Shown here one piece after another: positions 25,801 to 38,362 of a stretch of 64,000 nucleotides of DNA. Source of the stretch: Mustelus asterias (Eukaryota); contig NC_135801.1 of assembly GCF_964213995.1 (NCBI RefSeq), positions 145,576,001-145,640,000 on the forward strand, given 5' to 3'. Within the stretch, counting starts at the first letter, position 1. Each line of letters begins with the position of its first letter. A program made the translations under genes and the position numbers. The notes under the pieces were generated by a model, which saw only the letters and a program-made list of their open reading frames with translations, was not told the origin of the DNA and searched no databases.

Positions 25801-27679
25801 GGGGTCAGTTATTCAGTGAAGTGGAATAAAAGCTTACTTTCAGGAAACAAATATTTAAATCTTAGCAATTAGATTATTTGAGCTGTAACATTAAACACCA
25901 AAAGTGACAAGCTCATAAGACCTCGATTAAATTCGATGTCCTGTATTTCCTTTGAAATGTGCAGATTAATGCCATGTATTCTAGCCAATGTTGCATTCTC
26001 ACTCCGAAAGTAAACCTTAACAAACATATGCGGACGCACCAGACTGGTTGAGTTAGGATACTGCCCTTGCTGTCATGACAAAAAAAAGTTCGCCTGCCAC
26101 AGGCTGTCCATTCCTCGCCTCTGCGTGACTTTTTTGAAGTGTGACTGACATTGTGACTGACGTTAGGCGCACAACGAGATGCACTCAAATCTTTGTTTTT
26201 TTTTACACACACTGAAAATGTTCGATTGTTGAAACATCAAAAAAGTCAATCTCTCCATCCCCCCCCCCCCCCCCCCCCCCCACGAACAGACAGAACAGGT
26301 ACCGTCCTGACAACTTCTCCCTCCTTTCTTGCAAGTTTCTGCCGGCAGCTGAGCGCTCAGCGGATGGATATTTATCCGTCAGAGCCCGCTGCTCTGCTCT
26401 GACGGATGATCAAAAGAAACGGGGTCACGCATCTCAAGCTCCTCTTGTCCATCCCCTTGTCCTTAATTGCTGCCCCCTTGAACAATGGGCACATCTGCGC
26501 AACCTCCCCACCTTCTCTGCAAGGTCAACACTTTGAGGTGGGGGGTTGGAGGGAGAGCAGATCAAATGCTGGGCTACGGTTTCCGACTTTGCTTCATTTT
26601 TAAAATTCTTCCTTACTCTCAGTGACAGCACCCCCAACCCCACACCCCTGACTCGCCCACTGAAAAGGGAAATGGATAATTTAACAAGTCTGAATGAAAA
26701 TAAACCAACTAATATATTTGATTCAAAAAACAATTCGTTTTAAATGATATATATTTTTAACAAGTCTTGTCTCATCTTAATCAACAGTAATCAAACTTAC
26801 TCGATTTTTTTTAAAGAAAAGCAGGCCACTATTTTCTTCCACTGCCTCTCAAATCCAGTTGCTTTATGCACATCATTAATAAGATGCGACTGCATTGATT
26901 TACGATTTATCTATGGTCTGCTTACAACTTGTATCATTTACATCTAGCCGAAACCTGACTGGAGCAGATGTTATCTTCATGTCAGAAGAACACAAAACAA
27001 TAATACTTTTTCAAGCCACAGATTTATGACAAAATGTAATAAATTGAGGAGACCACTTCGATCTGGTCTCTGTCGCTTTACTTGAAGAACCTCGCCGGTG
27101 GAGTTTGCTGAATGTTTTGGAGGTAAATAAGTTGTCAGCCGTTATCAGGCCGAAGATTGGGAAGGAGTGATTAAATTTGAATGGAGTCCTCAGAACCGGG
27201 ATGCCTACAGTCATTATTTAAAAATAAAACACATTGCCAAAGAAATGGAACATTTCACCCAGGAGGGGTTAAAAAAAACAAATGGAATGTTTGAGGGCCG
27301 TTTCACGGGGAAAACTGAAGGTAGCAGGCAACAAATTGCAATGGATTTCAAAGTGTTTTTTGGGGGTGGGGGGTTTATAAAAAAAAGGGAAGCGTTGCAT
27401 TTACTGTCATTTTCACGGTTTTAATTCAATATATCCGAGACATTTCCAAAATCCGCAGACAGGAAAAATATGAAAAATATTTTTAAATTTAAAAATGTTG
27501 TTTTCTTAAATAGAAACGCGTTATCAAATTGATCTATAGACTTTGTAAAGTTACAAATACTTATTCTGTGCCTTCCCTCTGTGTTTCAAAGTGTTAGATT
27601 AGCATAGCAAATTAATTAGCAGTTGTCAAATTGACTAAAGTAAATAAGTTTTTGAAAATGACTATTTGTGTTACATACC

Positions 27680-28357
27680 CCCAAAAAATGACGTCGAATC
27701 AGAGGGCCTAATAACGAGTAAGAAAGTAATCATTGGGGCTAAAAGTGGAAGAGAAAGCTGACTTACTTGGTACCCGGAAGTTAATCTTGTTTAGAAGTGG
27801 GGGAGGGAAGAAACTGCTCAGGCCGCTGTGGTTGAAGGCTGGTTGTCGGGGAGGGGAGGCAGACTGTACACAACCCGTCAATCGGAGCTGATAAGCGGAC
27901 ATCCCGCCCCTGACCGCCGCTGCCAGTGGACAAGACTCCCAGAGCTCTCTCTGACCAGGCGGGCGGAAAGGGAGAAGGCGAGGCTGCTATAGGCTCCAGG
28001 CTGCTGTCCATCAGAGATATCCACCCACCACGCACACACACACACACATACACACACACCCTGAGCTTAGCAATTTAGGTTGAACCAAGAGAAACGCGGC
28101 TGGCTCCAGCTGTCTAAACAGTCGACGTAGGAGGAGGACAGGTTCGGACATGGCGAGAAGCAGCACTGGCCCGTCTCAGAGAATCGGTGGTGATCTTTGC
28201 AACCCGTGAGGCCTTAACATTTTTTAATCTTTTTTTTCATATATGTGTGCGTGCGTGTGTATATGGATGTGCACATATGACATCTATACATGCATATATA
28301 TAGCAAAAAAAATTGCCAAGCCGAAAGAAACAATTAGGATTTTTTTCAATGGACTGA
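27680..28357 (+). promoter_or_regulatory. ONECUT2: Probable ONECUT2 proximal promoter / 5'UTR
   Basis: CpG-rich; GC boxes (CCCGCCCC about 27903, GGGCGG 27961), GATA-like CTGATAAG, (CA)n at 28031-28058, directly upstream of the start codon. TSS not determinable. Confidence 0.55.
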
Positions 28358-29480
28358 ATGAACAACGCGTATAGATGTATAGCCAAAGAAGTATATACCA
28401 TGAACCCGGAGATTACAATGGACAGCATTGGGAATTTGCATGGTGGAATAAGCCATGAGCAATCCACGGGCGATCTGATGAACAGTCACCAGCGGCAGGC
28501 AGTTTCAGCGGCTCACCGGGAACTGACGAGTAGGTCTGCCATGGTTTCCAGCATGGCTTCCATCCTGGACGGGGCTGGGGATTACCGGCCGGAGCTCTCC
28601 GTCCCGCTGCACCCGGCCATGAGCATGGCGTGCGAGTCACCGCCCGGGATGGGCATGAGCAGCACTTACACCACCCTGACCCCACTCCAGCCCCTGCCTC
28701 CCATCTCCACCGTGTCGGACAAGTTCCACCACCACCACCCGCATCACCATCATCATCACCATCACCACCACCACCACCAGCGGCTGGCGGGCAACGTGAG
28801 CGGCAGCTTCACCCTGATGCGGGACGAGAGGGTCTTGCCCGCCGCCATGAACAATCTCTACGGCCCCTACCACAAGGACATGTCCGGGATGACACAGAGC
28901 CTCTCCCCCTTGTCCAGCAACCCCCTGGGGAACGGCCTGGCCTCCATCCACAACAGCCACCAGAGCATCCAGGGCTATGGCTCCAACAGCCACGACAAGA
29001 TGCTGGCCGGCCCCAACTTCGACGCTCACACGGCCATGCTGGCCCGGGGCGAGCAGCACCTGTCCCGGGGGCTGGCCGCCCCCACGGCGGGCATGATGCC
29101 TCACCTGAACGGCATGCATCACCACCATCACCACCACCACGGTCACTCGAGTCACCACCAGTCTCACGGGCCCGTGTTGGCTTCGAGCCGGGATCGGCCT
29201 CCCTCCTCCTCGGGCTCCCAGCCCAACAGCTCGGCTCAACTGGAAGAAATTAATACCAAAGAAGTCGCACAAAGAATCACGGCGGAACTCAAGCGCTACA
29301 GCATCCCGCAGGCCATCTTCGCCCAGAGGGTGCTGTGCCGCTCGCAGGGCACCCTCTCTGACCTTTTAAGGAACCCCAAACCTTGGAGTAAACTTAAATC
29401 GGGTCGGGAGACCTTCAGGCGGATGTGGAAATGGCTGCAAGAACCTGAGTTCCAGAGAATGTCAGCCTTAAGGCTTGCAG
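28358..29480 (+). CDS. ONECUT2: ONECUT2 exon 1 (TP/STP box, poly-His tracts, CUT domain), 1123 nt
   Basis: N-terminus AYRC...MNPEITMDS.G.LHG typical of ONECUT2; TYTTLTPLQPLPPISTVSDKFHHH; CUT domain EEINTKEVAQRITAELKRYSIPQAIFAQRVLCRSQGTLSDLLRNPKPW...; donor GCAG|GTAAGT at 29481; adjacency to ST8SIA3 supports orthology. Confidence 0.95.
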
Positions 29481-32400
29481 GTAAGTCAAGAGCGAACAAT
29501 GCAATGTGGGTCCAGTTTATGAGGGAAGAATTGGTTTAGTTACTGCTACTGAGATAGGGGTGGGGGGGGGGGGGCGGGGGTAACAGTAAGGGTACAGAGG
29601 AACCACAACCATTGCTGTTAATATTTGCTATCCTCTCAGTTCCTCCACAAGGGGATATTGATTGGAGCTGTCTTTTTCTTTGTGGTCAGCTGCACCCGTT
29701 AGCAGCACTGAAAGGTGCTGGTTCTCCATTGCACCCACTGCGGCTCTCACTTCAGCCTTCCCCTTGGTGTGATGTTCGCACAATAGCTCTGTAATGAGGC
29801 AATTCCACATTCCCTCAATGGAAGGACACACCCACAACAGTAACGTGGAACGGCATCAACATCCGATTACCATTCAATTAATGCACCTTAAAATCCACTG
29901 AAGGATATAGCGTTCATTCTCTCTCTCCCCCACCCCCTGTGTTTGATGAACAGCCGTAGTTACACTATGCAAAATCCTAGCCTGTTTAATTCATGAGAGG
30001 ATCACCCCCCCCCCCCCCCCCAAACATACACACATCCTTTGTAACACCGCAGCCTTTATTCTCTTAACTGTTGTAGAGAGATCTGGAATAACTAAAAACA
30101 GACCATTGTTGTCTGCGCCCTCGCTCACGCCTCAGCTCTGCATCGGACTTGAGATATTGGACCGATTTCTCACACCATACGGTTACTTCTCAAAGGCAAT
30201 GGAACGTCTCCTGCAACGCAATTATTTCTTCACAGGATTCTGCCGCTGGGCTTTTTTGTTGTTGTTTTGCCCTGTACAAATGGGTGAAGGAAAGTGTAAC
30301 TAGTCTAAATGCTGCTTCAAGGCTGGAGAAGTTTGCATGGTGCCCAGTGACTAATCCCTGAGCTATTTTGCATCTATTTAAACGAGTAGCTGAGAGAGTG
30401 CAGTGTGATAAGTGAAGGGTCGTTTTGTTGTGGTGAATCTCAGCCATTCAGTGTCAGTGGAGAGTGGGAAGCCGGCGGAATCGCATCTCTGCCCTCTAGC
30501 GTCGGCACTTGCCTCTCCAATCTCAGCCCCTTCCCATTGTGTCTGTTTGAACGCATAAAATTGTATATGTCTGCGGCCAGGGACTGTTTAAGACAATTGA
30601 AGTCAATGAACATTCCTAAATGTAAAGGCCGACCAAGGGCATTTTGCCCCTTAAATCTCCTTTAAGGCTTTATTATACATACCGCCCTACAAAACAAATG
30701 AGTGGAAGTTAACATCTGATTACAATGGGGGAGCATTCATCACGAGAGTTAATTTCATTTCAATATATATGTAGAAAATCCGCTCTTACTTTCCCCCGAT
30801 AAAATATCACCGTCCCGAAACGCACGGCGCGGAGACCAGTCATTTAACCTTCGCGCCCCAGAAGGACAATGGAAGGAGCATGCATTACAATATCTAACTC
30901 GATTGCATGTCTTTATTGGACTGCGTAACGTGATCGCACCAGTGAATATGCACATTCTGAGGAGATAATTCTGTTTTAAATTGAGGGGGGAGCTTGGGGG
31001 GGGGGGGGGGGTGCAAGCAGTGATTCGCGGCTATATTAGTTACCAGCACAGATCAGAGGAAAATGCACCTCAGGTCTGTACGATGTCTTGACTTTTATAT
31101 ATAAGAAAACATGCAGGTATAAACTTCATGCTTATGTTTATTTACCTGAAGAGCATTAACAGCCGTGCATTATAGACACTGTTTGTTTTCATGTCGCCCG
31201 CTGTCAATATCTGCTTGGACAAATCACAGGCGATGTTGGATACCGAGGTCACGTGGTGTAATTGCTGTAATTACTTTTTCCAATTAAACTTGGCTTTACC
31301 TTGTATTTAATTGATAACTGTATCTTGATGCAGTAAGCCACAATACCGCGGTGCACTGTGTGCGTGACTGCCTGCAAACATTTTTTCCCCTTACATTTAT
31401 ACTTTATCATATAATTTACCACAAGGTTAGGAGATCCTTTTATCTTTCTTTAAAAAAAGGGTAAGAAATTTGATTGCTTTTCAAGATTGCAACACATACA
31501 CGGGAGAGAGGGGTGGATATGGAATTATTTTGAACCATTTAGTATGCCCTGCCAGGCAAATATGTTGAGATATTTGAGATCAAAATTGGCGAGTATCACC
31601 GTACTGGAATGAAGTATATACAATGGGTATGTGTAGGTGTTGAGCAACCTGGGTCTGTCTGAATGATGCTGTAGCTATTAGTCTATCTATTCTCCCGACC
31701 TGAAACGGTAGGAGAGACATTTTGAAGCAGTTTACCTATCAAATCGTGTTTCGGATTACATTTTCGTTTTTTTTAAAAGACTAACACTATGATTGCTAAA
31801 CAAACAAAAGCATCAAACCATAAAACAAAGCCACGCATTAGGGGCTGACAGAGAAAATAAAATAACCATACTGCAATTTAGCATTCGCATTTAATGCAGT
31901 TGTGTTACTTGATTGCGCTATTATTAAGGAATTTCGCTCCACAACCCTCGCGATCAATCCTGATTTGAATAATTAAACTGGTTTTTTTTGCTCGGCTGAT
32001 TTGGCATTTGCAGACTGAATCGCAAACAAAAACAAAAGAACAACAACTTGGGCAATGATATATTTTTAAATAGTCCCTCTCATGTGAATCAACCCGCCGT
32101 GGGAGCCGCGTCCATTACCCTAGAATAAACGACTTCAGATGCTGCTGCCCCACCAATGCTGTAGCACGAATCGCAAGGTATATATTCTCACAACACTTCA
32201 TTAACTCCGGGCGAACGCAGAGTAGGAGATTACAAGAGCAAAGGGACAACAACAATTCATCCAGCCCACTTGAGGCGAGCAGAGTGTGAGATCTTCCTCT
32301 AAACGATGTTGCTGCTAATTTTTGAAACATTTTATTTGTTAAAATGGTTTTTTTTGGGGGGGGGGGGGGGCGGTGCCGTAGCTGAGTTCTCCTTTTCTTT

Positions 32401-35152
32401 TCCTAAAATCAAAAACATTGTCCAAAGAGATGATATGCTTTACTGGCAGTGCTTTGAAAAGAAGCCCAGAAGCCGCAGATATGAATTATTAATTAAAATC
32501 TCTGCACGGCTGGTTGCTAGCTGCAACGTCACCCTTGCCTTGGTTTTAACTAGGCAAAAATCTGGGCACTCATTCACCGCTGGAGCTGATAGCCTTGTCA
32601 ACCACTATCTTCCTCTCTCGCCACGGCTTCATAAATGATTTATAGTTCCAACTCCTGCTGGAGGAGAATGACAAATAAAAAAGGACCTGCTTCTTAACTG
32701 AGGATAGACAACAGAGCCTGGACGCCGAATACAACTCGAACCGCCCCCGACCTCCCCCCACCCACTCCCAACCCTCCCCCCGCAATAAATTCGCCGCATC
32801 CCCAACACCAGCGTGTTTGTGTTAATCCCGTGGTTGTGTTTCCAGTCACTGGGGCCAGTTATTAGTTTGTTGGCGCTGCAATTGGCAAATTAATAATTGA
32901 AACCCTCCCTAGCTCCTGATGTTTGCCTCTGGCAGCCCCTGGTGTGAAAGAGTAACACCTCCCTAATATTCATGAATGCAAAGGGATTCCTGAGAGCAGT
33001 CAGGGCATCAGGGCAAGGGAAGATGTGTGTGTGTGGGGGGGGGGGGGGGGGGGCGGGGTAGGAGGCGGACTGGAAGGAAAGATATGGAACCGTAGCATTT
33101 ATTTTTATCACAGCATTTCAATAATGTGGTTATGTCACTATATAAAAAAAATCTGTGTCTATGGACGTGGATCGATGAGGATAATCTTTAGAAGATTAAA
33201 AGGGCATTAATGCTGGTAACAATAACACAAACCTGAGGACCCGGTTAGACATTGATTTGGAACCTGATCCGACGTTGTTCCAGTAAAGCTGCCATAGTCT
33301 TCCTGGCATTGTCGTCCACATTATATTCCCTTTGTCTCCTGATAGTTTGAGCTCCCCCCTCGCCCCCATTTCAAAGGCATTTCGTTTGCACAGCCAATGA
33401 CAACGATAGCTCACGTGTTCTTTTTAACTGTAGTACTATCTATTTTAGGATCGATTTTGTTTTGCGTGTTTTTGTATTACGATTAAAGGTGTTATTGTTC
33501 ATTTGGCTAATGTGGGGCAGGTAGCGATTTAAGGAATCTCACTAAAATATTCATAAAGCAATTTTGTCAGCACGATAATACAGAAAATCGACTTCTTTTA
33601 ACAAGAGAGGAAAAGATCCTTTAATCATTCTTCTCGATTATTTATTTCTTTTGCAAAGGCGAAGTTGAGGTTATCAAGAGTCGAGAATGATAATCACACG
33701 TGAGCTCAGCGACAGTTTTGCACTCCAACGTAAATTAATTTCTTAAAATTATAATCAATACTCCGGCCAAACAAATCCAGCCAAGAAGATTTTTTTTTAC
33801 TGTCTTTCCGTCTGATCTTAATATGCAAACATTTTACAATTAAAGCCTATCTTGCTACAAAACTTCATATGCATGCAGGAGAATGTTTAAGTGACAGGAA
33901 CCTAATTAGCACAGCAAAAATGCAATTCAGATGAACAGCTGGTATGTGGCAACCTCGCTGGCTCCTTAAACGCTCCAGCAGCATGCAGATTGCATTCCAA
34001 AGCCCTGATTAAATCCAGATTCCAGCATGTCTCAGTTTAAACTTCTTACATTTAAGCATTAATTAGATACTTCTGGGACTTCCAAATAGGTATCGTTAAG
34101 AATCGGGCGGCAGTGTAAAAAGAGATTTATGCTGGAGAAGGGGGCGGGGCGGACTCTGCCCTCATGTCATCCTGTAAAACCGAAGACAGTTTCCAAATGC
34201 TGTGTGCAATATTATTTAATACTGGTGCAGAAACCTCAGCGAAGACTTGGGCGTATCTGTTCTGATTCTTTTCACAAATGACATAGAAATGATCAGTCCC
34301 CTGGTAATTAATAATTTGCCTGTTAGATTCGAAATGTTAAAAAAATACATTATTTTGACTCGTGAACAGAATTTATTCCATCAATCCACTTAATACAAAA
34401 CCTTGCTTGACCATCACAGATTGTGTGTCGGTCATTTTAGCCTCTCCTATATTCTATTTATAGTACCCATAATCAGCCGCCCCCGAATTTGGAAAATATA
34501 GTCTATTGTATAATTTTAGAACAGCCCTATGCACCTTATTCAAAATGTGTGTGTGGTGTATATTTCATTGCAACACGGTACCTACACAAATGTAGATGCC
34601 CTGAGCTAACCTGCTCCTTCCCACCGCCCAACTGGCGTTCTGTTTATTCTTCCAATACAAATCATTACTAATTGTTTGAAATTCTTTATGACCTTTTAAA
34701 ACCGCCTCTTTCTGTACCCATATATTAATTTGTCATGAAATGCCAGGAATTGTATCATATATAATCCACAAAAACATGTTAAAAATGTACATGGGAACCG
34801 CATATAGAAACGATTTGCATTTTCAAATTATACAACTAAAGCTTAATTTTCAAACATAGAACGCATCTGTTCAGAGTTGTTTACAAATATCTCTTTGCTG
34901 CAGCCTTTGGTGTTTTTTAACGAAACGGTTGGCATTTTAAGCAGAGCGGAGCGATGTCAAACATTATGCACGTGGGCTATGCATTATATACAAATTTTAA
35001 TGGCATAATTATATATCGATATTTATTGTCCTCCCGGGATCTTCCCTTATCACAAGGACATGTAACACAATCTGAGGAAACAACTGAATGCATTATATAG
35101 ATGGCCCCGGTATTGTGCTAATGTCAGTTTCTTAACTCTGGCCCAACACAGC

Positions 35153-35326
35153 TGTGGAGATGCCGGCGTTGGACTGGGGTAAACACAGTAAGAAGTTTAA
35201 CAACACCAGGTTAAAGTCCAACAGGTTTATTTGGTAGCAAAAGCCACACAAGCTTTCGAGGCTCTGAGCCCCTTCTTCAGGTGAGTGGGAATTCTGTTCA
35301 CAAACAGAACTTATAAGACACAGACT
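35153..35326 (-). mobile_element. Short Penelope-type terminal repeat insertion with CACAGC target-site duplication
   Basis: CACAGC at 35147-35152 and 35327-35332; same family as 57411-57625. Confidence 0.75.
35247..35283 (-). ncRNA. Minimal type I hammerhead ribozyme motif
   Basis: Minus strand: CAC-CTGAAGA-A-GGGGCT(CAG)AGCCTC-GAA-AGCT-T-GTG, i.e. core CUGANGA/GAAA, paired stem II, palindromic stem III, 3-bp stem I. Confidence 0.65.
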
Positions 35327-36903
35327 CACAGCTTGACTTTACATACACTGTGTCCTGACCCTGTTTGTGCACAAGGTGAGATAATTAAAACGTTTTCCTG
35401 AAGAAATACTTGCATTAAAAAAAACTAGTAGAGTGCAGTTCAAAAGTGTAGAGTGGAGTCAAGTCCTTATCACATTGCGTTAACATCACAATCTTTGCAT
35501 TTTAGGTGATTTAAGATAATGCGCCTCTTCATGTAGAATATAGTTCTATCCTTGACATTGAAGATTTCGAGATAAAGATCAGCCCGTGTTTATTCTGACA
35601 AACTCGACAATCTTTTCAGGATTGATTTATGTCGCAGGCAAGTTTTTTGTTCATGTCGCCTTCTCCACGCTCCAGTTCTGAATGAATTCTGGGGCTTTCT
35701 GTCGATGGCTTATTTTTATTTCATAATTTCGAAATTGCTGGCGAAACGTGCTTCCGATTATCAATCCCCCTCCGTTTGTCGGGCGGGGCTCCAAGTTCTG
35801 TTTTATTTTCTCTTTCTTTCCAAGAGCTAGATCATAAGGAACTTTGCTCCCTCATCACCGGGTTAGTGCAAACAAGCCTTTGTTTTATCTGTGATGTTGG
35901 TGACTCGCTGACATCGATTTTCATTTTGTCACAACCCGAGTAAAAAACAATGGCGAAGTCGCTCAGTGAAGCTCCCCATTTGAGGTTTCATCTGCAGCGA
36001 CATTCATTTGATATAGGAATAGGGAAAACCTTCGCCATCGATCGGCATTGATCCAGCCTTTCCCTTTAAGGAAACCGCACGTTTAAAGAAGCTCTTGCAT
36101 AGATTTACTGTTTACCCGGATGCTGTTCTTTTTAATACTGTATTGTCATTCGATTTGTTACTGCTGGGAAATACAAGAACACCTAAAACAAGTGTTCCAC
36201 AAGCAGGAGGCACAGACAGGGCAGACAATGACAGAGGGGCATTATTACCACAAGGACTTTCAGAGTAGGGCAATGCAGCAAGATAGATAGTGAACGCTCC
36301 AGCGGACATTCTGGCGTCTTATTACATTTAATCCTTGTGTGATTTTACTTTATAATAATTCTGTATACATTGCAGATTCCAGGCATGTGTTATATAGGTC
36401 GTCTACTGCGCATGCCAGTTGAAATCAATATATGTGAGAGATAATATACAACATTTCTGGAATCCACAATGTACATGTAGTATAATCTTAAAATAATTTG
36501 TCGCTCAATCATATCGTTCACTTTAGGTGTATAGTTACATCCAGGATAGATCTAAATATATACTCTGTCAGAGAGCCAACATTTAGATATTATGATGGAA
36601 CATTGTATTATAGTTTAATTTTCTGTATATAACATGCTTGTTTTGTTGAGTATTTCACAAATTCACACATTTTTTTCTGTCCCTTAACGTACATTCTGCA
36701 ATATATGTTTTAGTAAGTCAGTAATGGAAATGCATCACTTAATTACTTTATTTCATTTCGGACTTGAACCTCCCTTCCCGCTTGTCGAAGGAGAGTTAAC
36801 GAATAATTTAAAACTGAAAACATCAAGACTTAACAGGCGCATTTATTATATTTTGTTAGCAGACTTCACTGTAATGTCATGCCCTTTAAAGCTATGTGTT
36901 TAG

Positions 36904-37265
36904 ATCATAGAGTCATAGCAGGGCTTTACACCACAAAGAGAGACCCTTCGGCCCATTGTGTCTGTCGGCCATCCAGCACCTATCTATTCCAACCCCTTTT
37001 CCCAGCACTTGATAAAAGCAAATTACTGTGGACGCTGGAATCTGAATCCAAAAGGAGAAATGCTGTAAATTCTCAGCAGGTCTGGCAGCATTTGTAAGGA
37101 GAGAAAAGAGCTGACGTTTCAAGTCCATGTGACCTTTTGTCAAGCTTTGGCAGATGCTGCCAGACCTGCTGAGGTTTTCCAGCATTTTCTCTTTTGGTCC
37201 CAGCACTTAGTCCGTGGGCCTTGTGTGCGATGGTGTTTCAAGTGCTCATCCAATTGCTTCTTGTA
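36904..37265 (-). mobile_element. CR1 3' end fragment, interrupted at 37011-37197
   Basis: ATCATAGAGTCATAG tail and CCCTTCGGCCCA terminal motif on the reverse strand. Confidence 0.7.
37011..37197. mobile_element. Penelope-type terminal repeat with internal inverted duplication and 11-bp TSD
   Basis: TCCCAGCACTT at 37000-37010 and 37198-37208; arms at about 37040-37094 and 37151-37197 are reverse complements. Confidence 0.75.
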
Positions 37266-38246
37266 CTAGGTGTCATTTTATCATGATTTCTGTTCAGAAA
37301 CCATACCCCAATAAAAAGTGGTGGAGGAAAGTCACGCGATCGATACTTAATTTAATATGTTTTACATTTAAGCACTGTGGGAAAAGCCATTTGCTCAGCG
37401 TAAAACGTGTTGGCGTCAAAGGCTGTGTCAGGCTCGACGCTGGTTGCTTTAAATTTAAATAAGATGTAAACACAAATGTGTCAATATATTCGTGGGTCGT
37501 GGGTTGTTTTTTTCCCCCCTTTTGTTCCACTCGTTTATATGAATATGTGACGGTCATAACATTCAGGATCCGCCAATGCAAGTCTGATTTGAATAGCCAA
37601 TATTTTCAATCCGACACCATTCACAAGAGCAAGCCAGAGTGAGAAGGGGATGGGGGCATTTGTGATTACTCCAGGCTGCTCTGTTTAATTTTACAGCTAA
37701 TTAGAAACCACTATTGATTTCTCTTCTTTCGTAATCCTAATGCGATGCGTGGTTTCGTAATCCGTGTCTTCTGAACTCACGTACGGTTAAAAAAGTTGTT
37801 ACACTACAGCAACACACAGGAATGGAGAGGCCGCCTCACATAACAGCATGTTATAATGAACGTGCGAGTGTAATCGAGCGAGGCAGAAGGTATCTCGCCG
37901 AAGACAAAGGAACGAAAACGAGAAAAAGACCGAGAACTCAGATAGGCAGAGAGAACCGACGCAGATTAACAGAGACGGCAAGACACGTCGCAGACGGGAT
38001 TTTGGAGAGATGGACGGAGAATCTAAATTGAGCTCGAACTAAATCGTTCTACAACAAAAAAAAAGATTGTGCAGCCGTTACATACCTAGGGCAGGGACAC
38101 AAAGATATCGTACTGCAACCCTATTCATTTACCACTGGGATTTTTAAGAAGTTGAGAGATTGCTATTTCGCACTTTTGATTAAAAGAAAACGCGCGGGCG
38201 ACTGGGCGAAGATAATAGGAACTTCATAAAAAACAATATCTTAATA

Positions 38247-38362
38247 TAAAGACAAAATACTGCGGGTGCTGGAATCTGAAACAAAGACAGAAAATACTGG
38301 AGAAACTCAGCAGGTCTGACAGCATCTGTGAAGAGAGAAAAGAGCCAACGTTTCGAATCTGG
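38247..38362 (-). mobile_element. Penelope-type terminal repeat fragment (followed by a tail-B SINE tail remnant to about 38441)
   Basis: GCTGGAATCTGAA...CTCAGCAGGTCTGACAGCATC...ACGTTTCG, similar to 37011-37125. Confidence 0.65.

Noticed and set aside
28630-29272. 207-aa alternative-frame and 211-aa antisense ORFs over ONECUT2 exon 1
   Set aside because: Expected from GC-rich codon usage and CAC repeats; no independent protein features.
29481-29539. ORF-track extension GKSRANNAMWVQFMREELV
   Set aside because: Read-through into the intron past the GTAAGT donor; the true frame continues at 46172.
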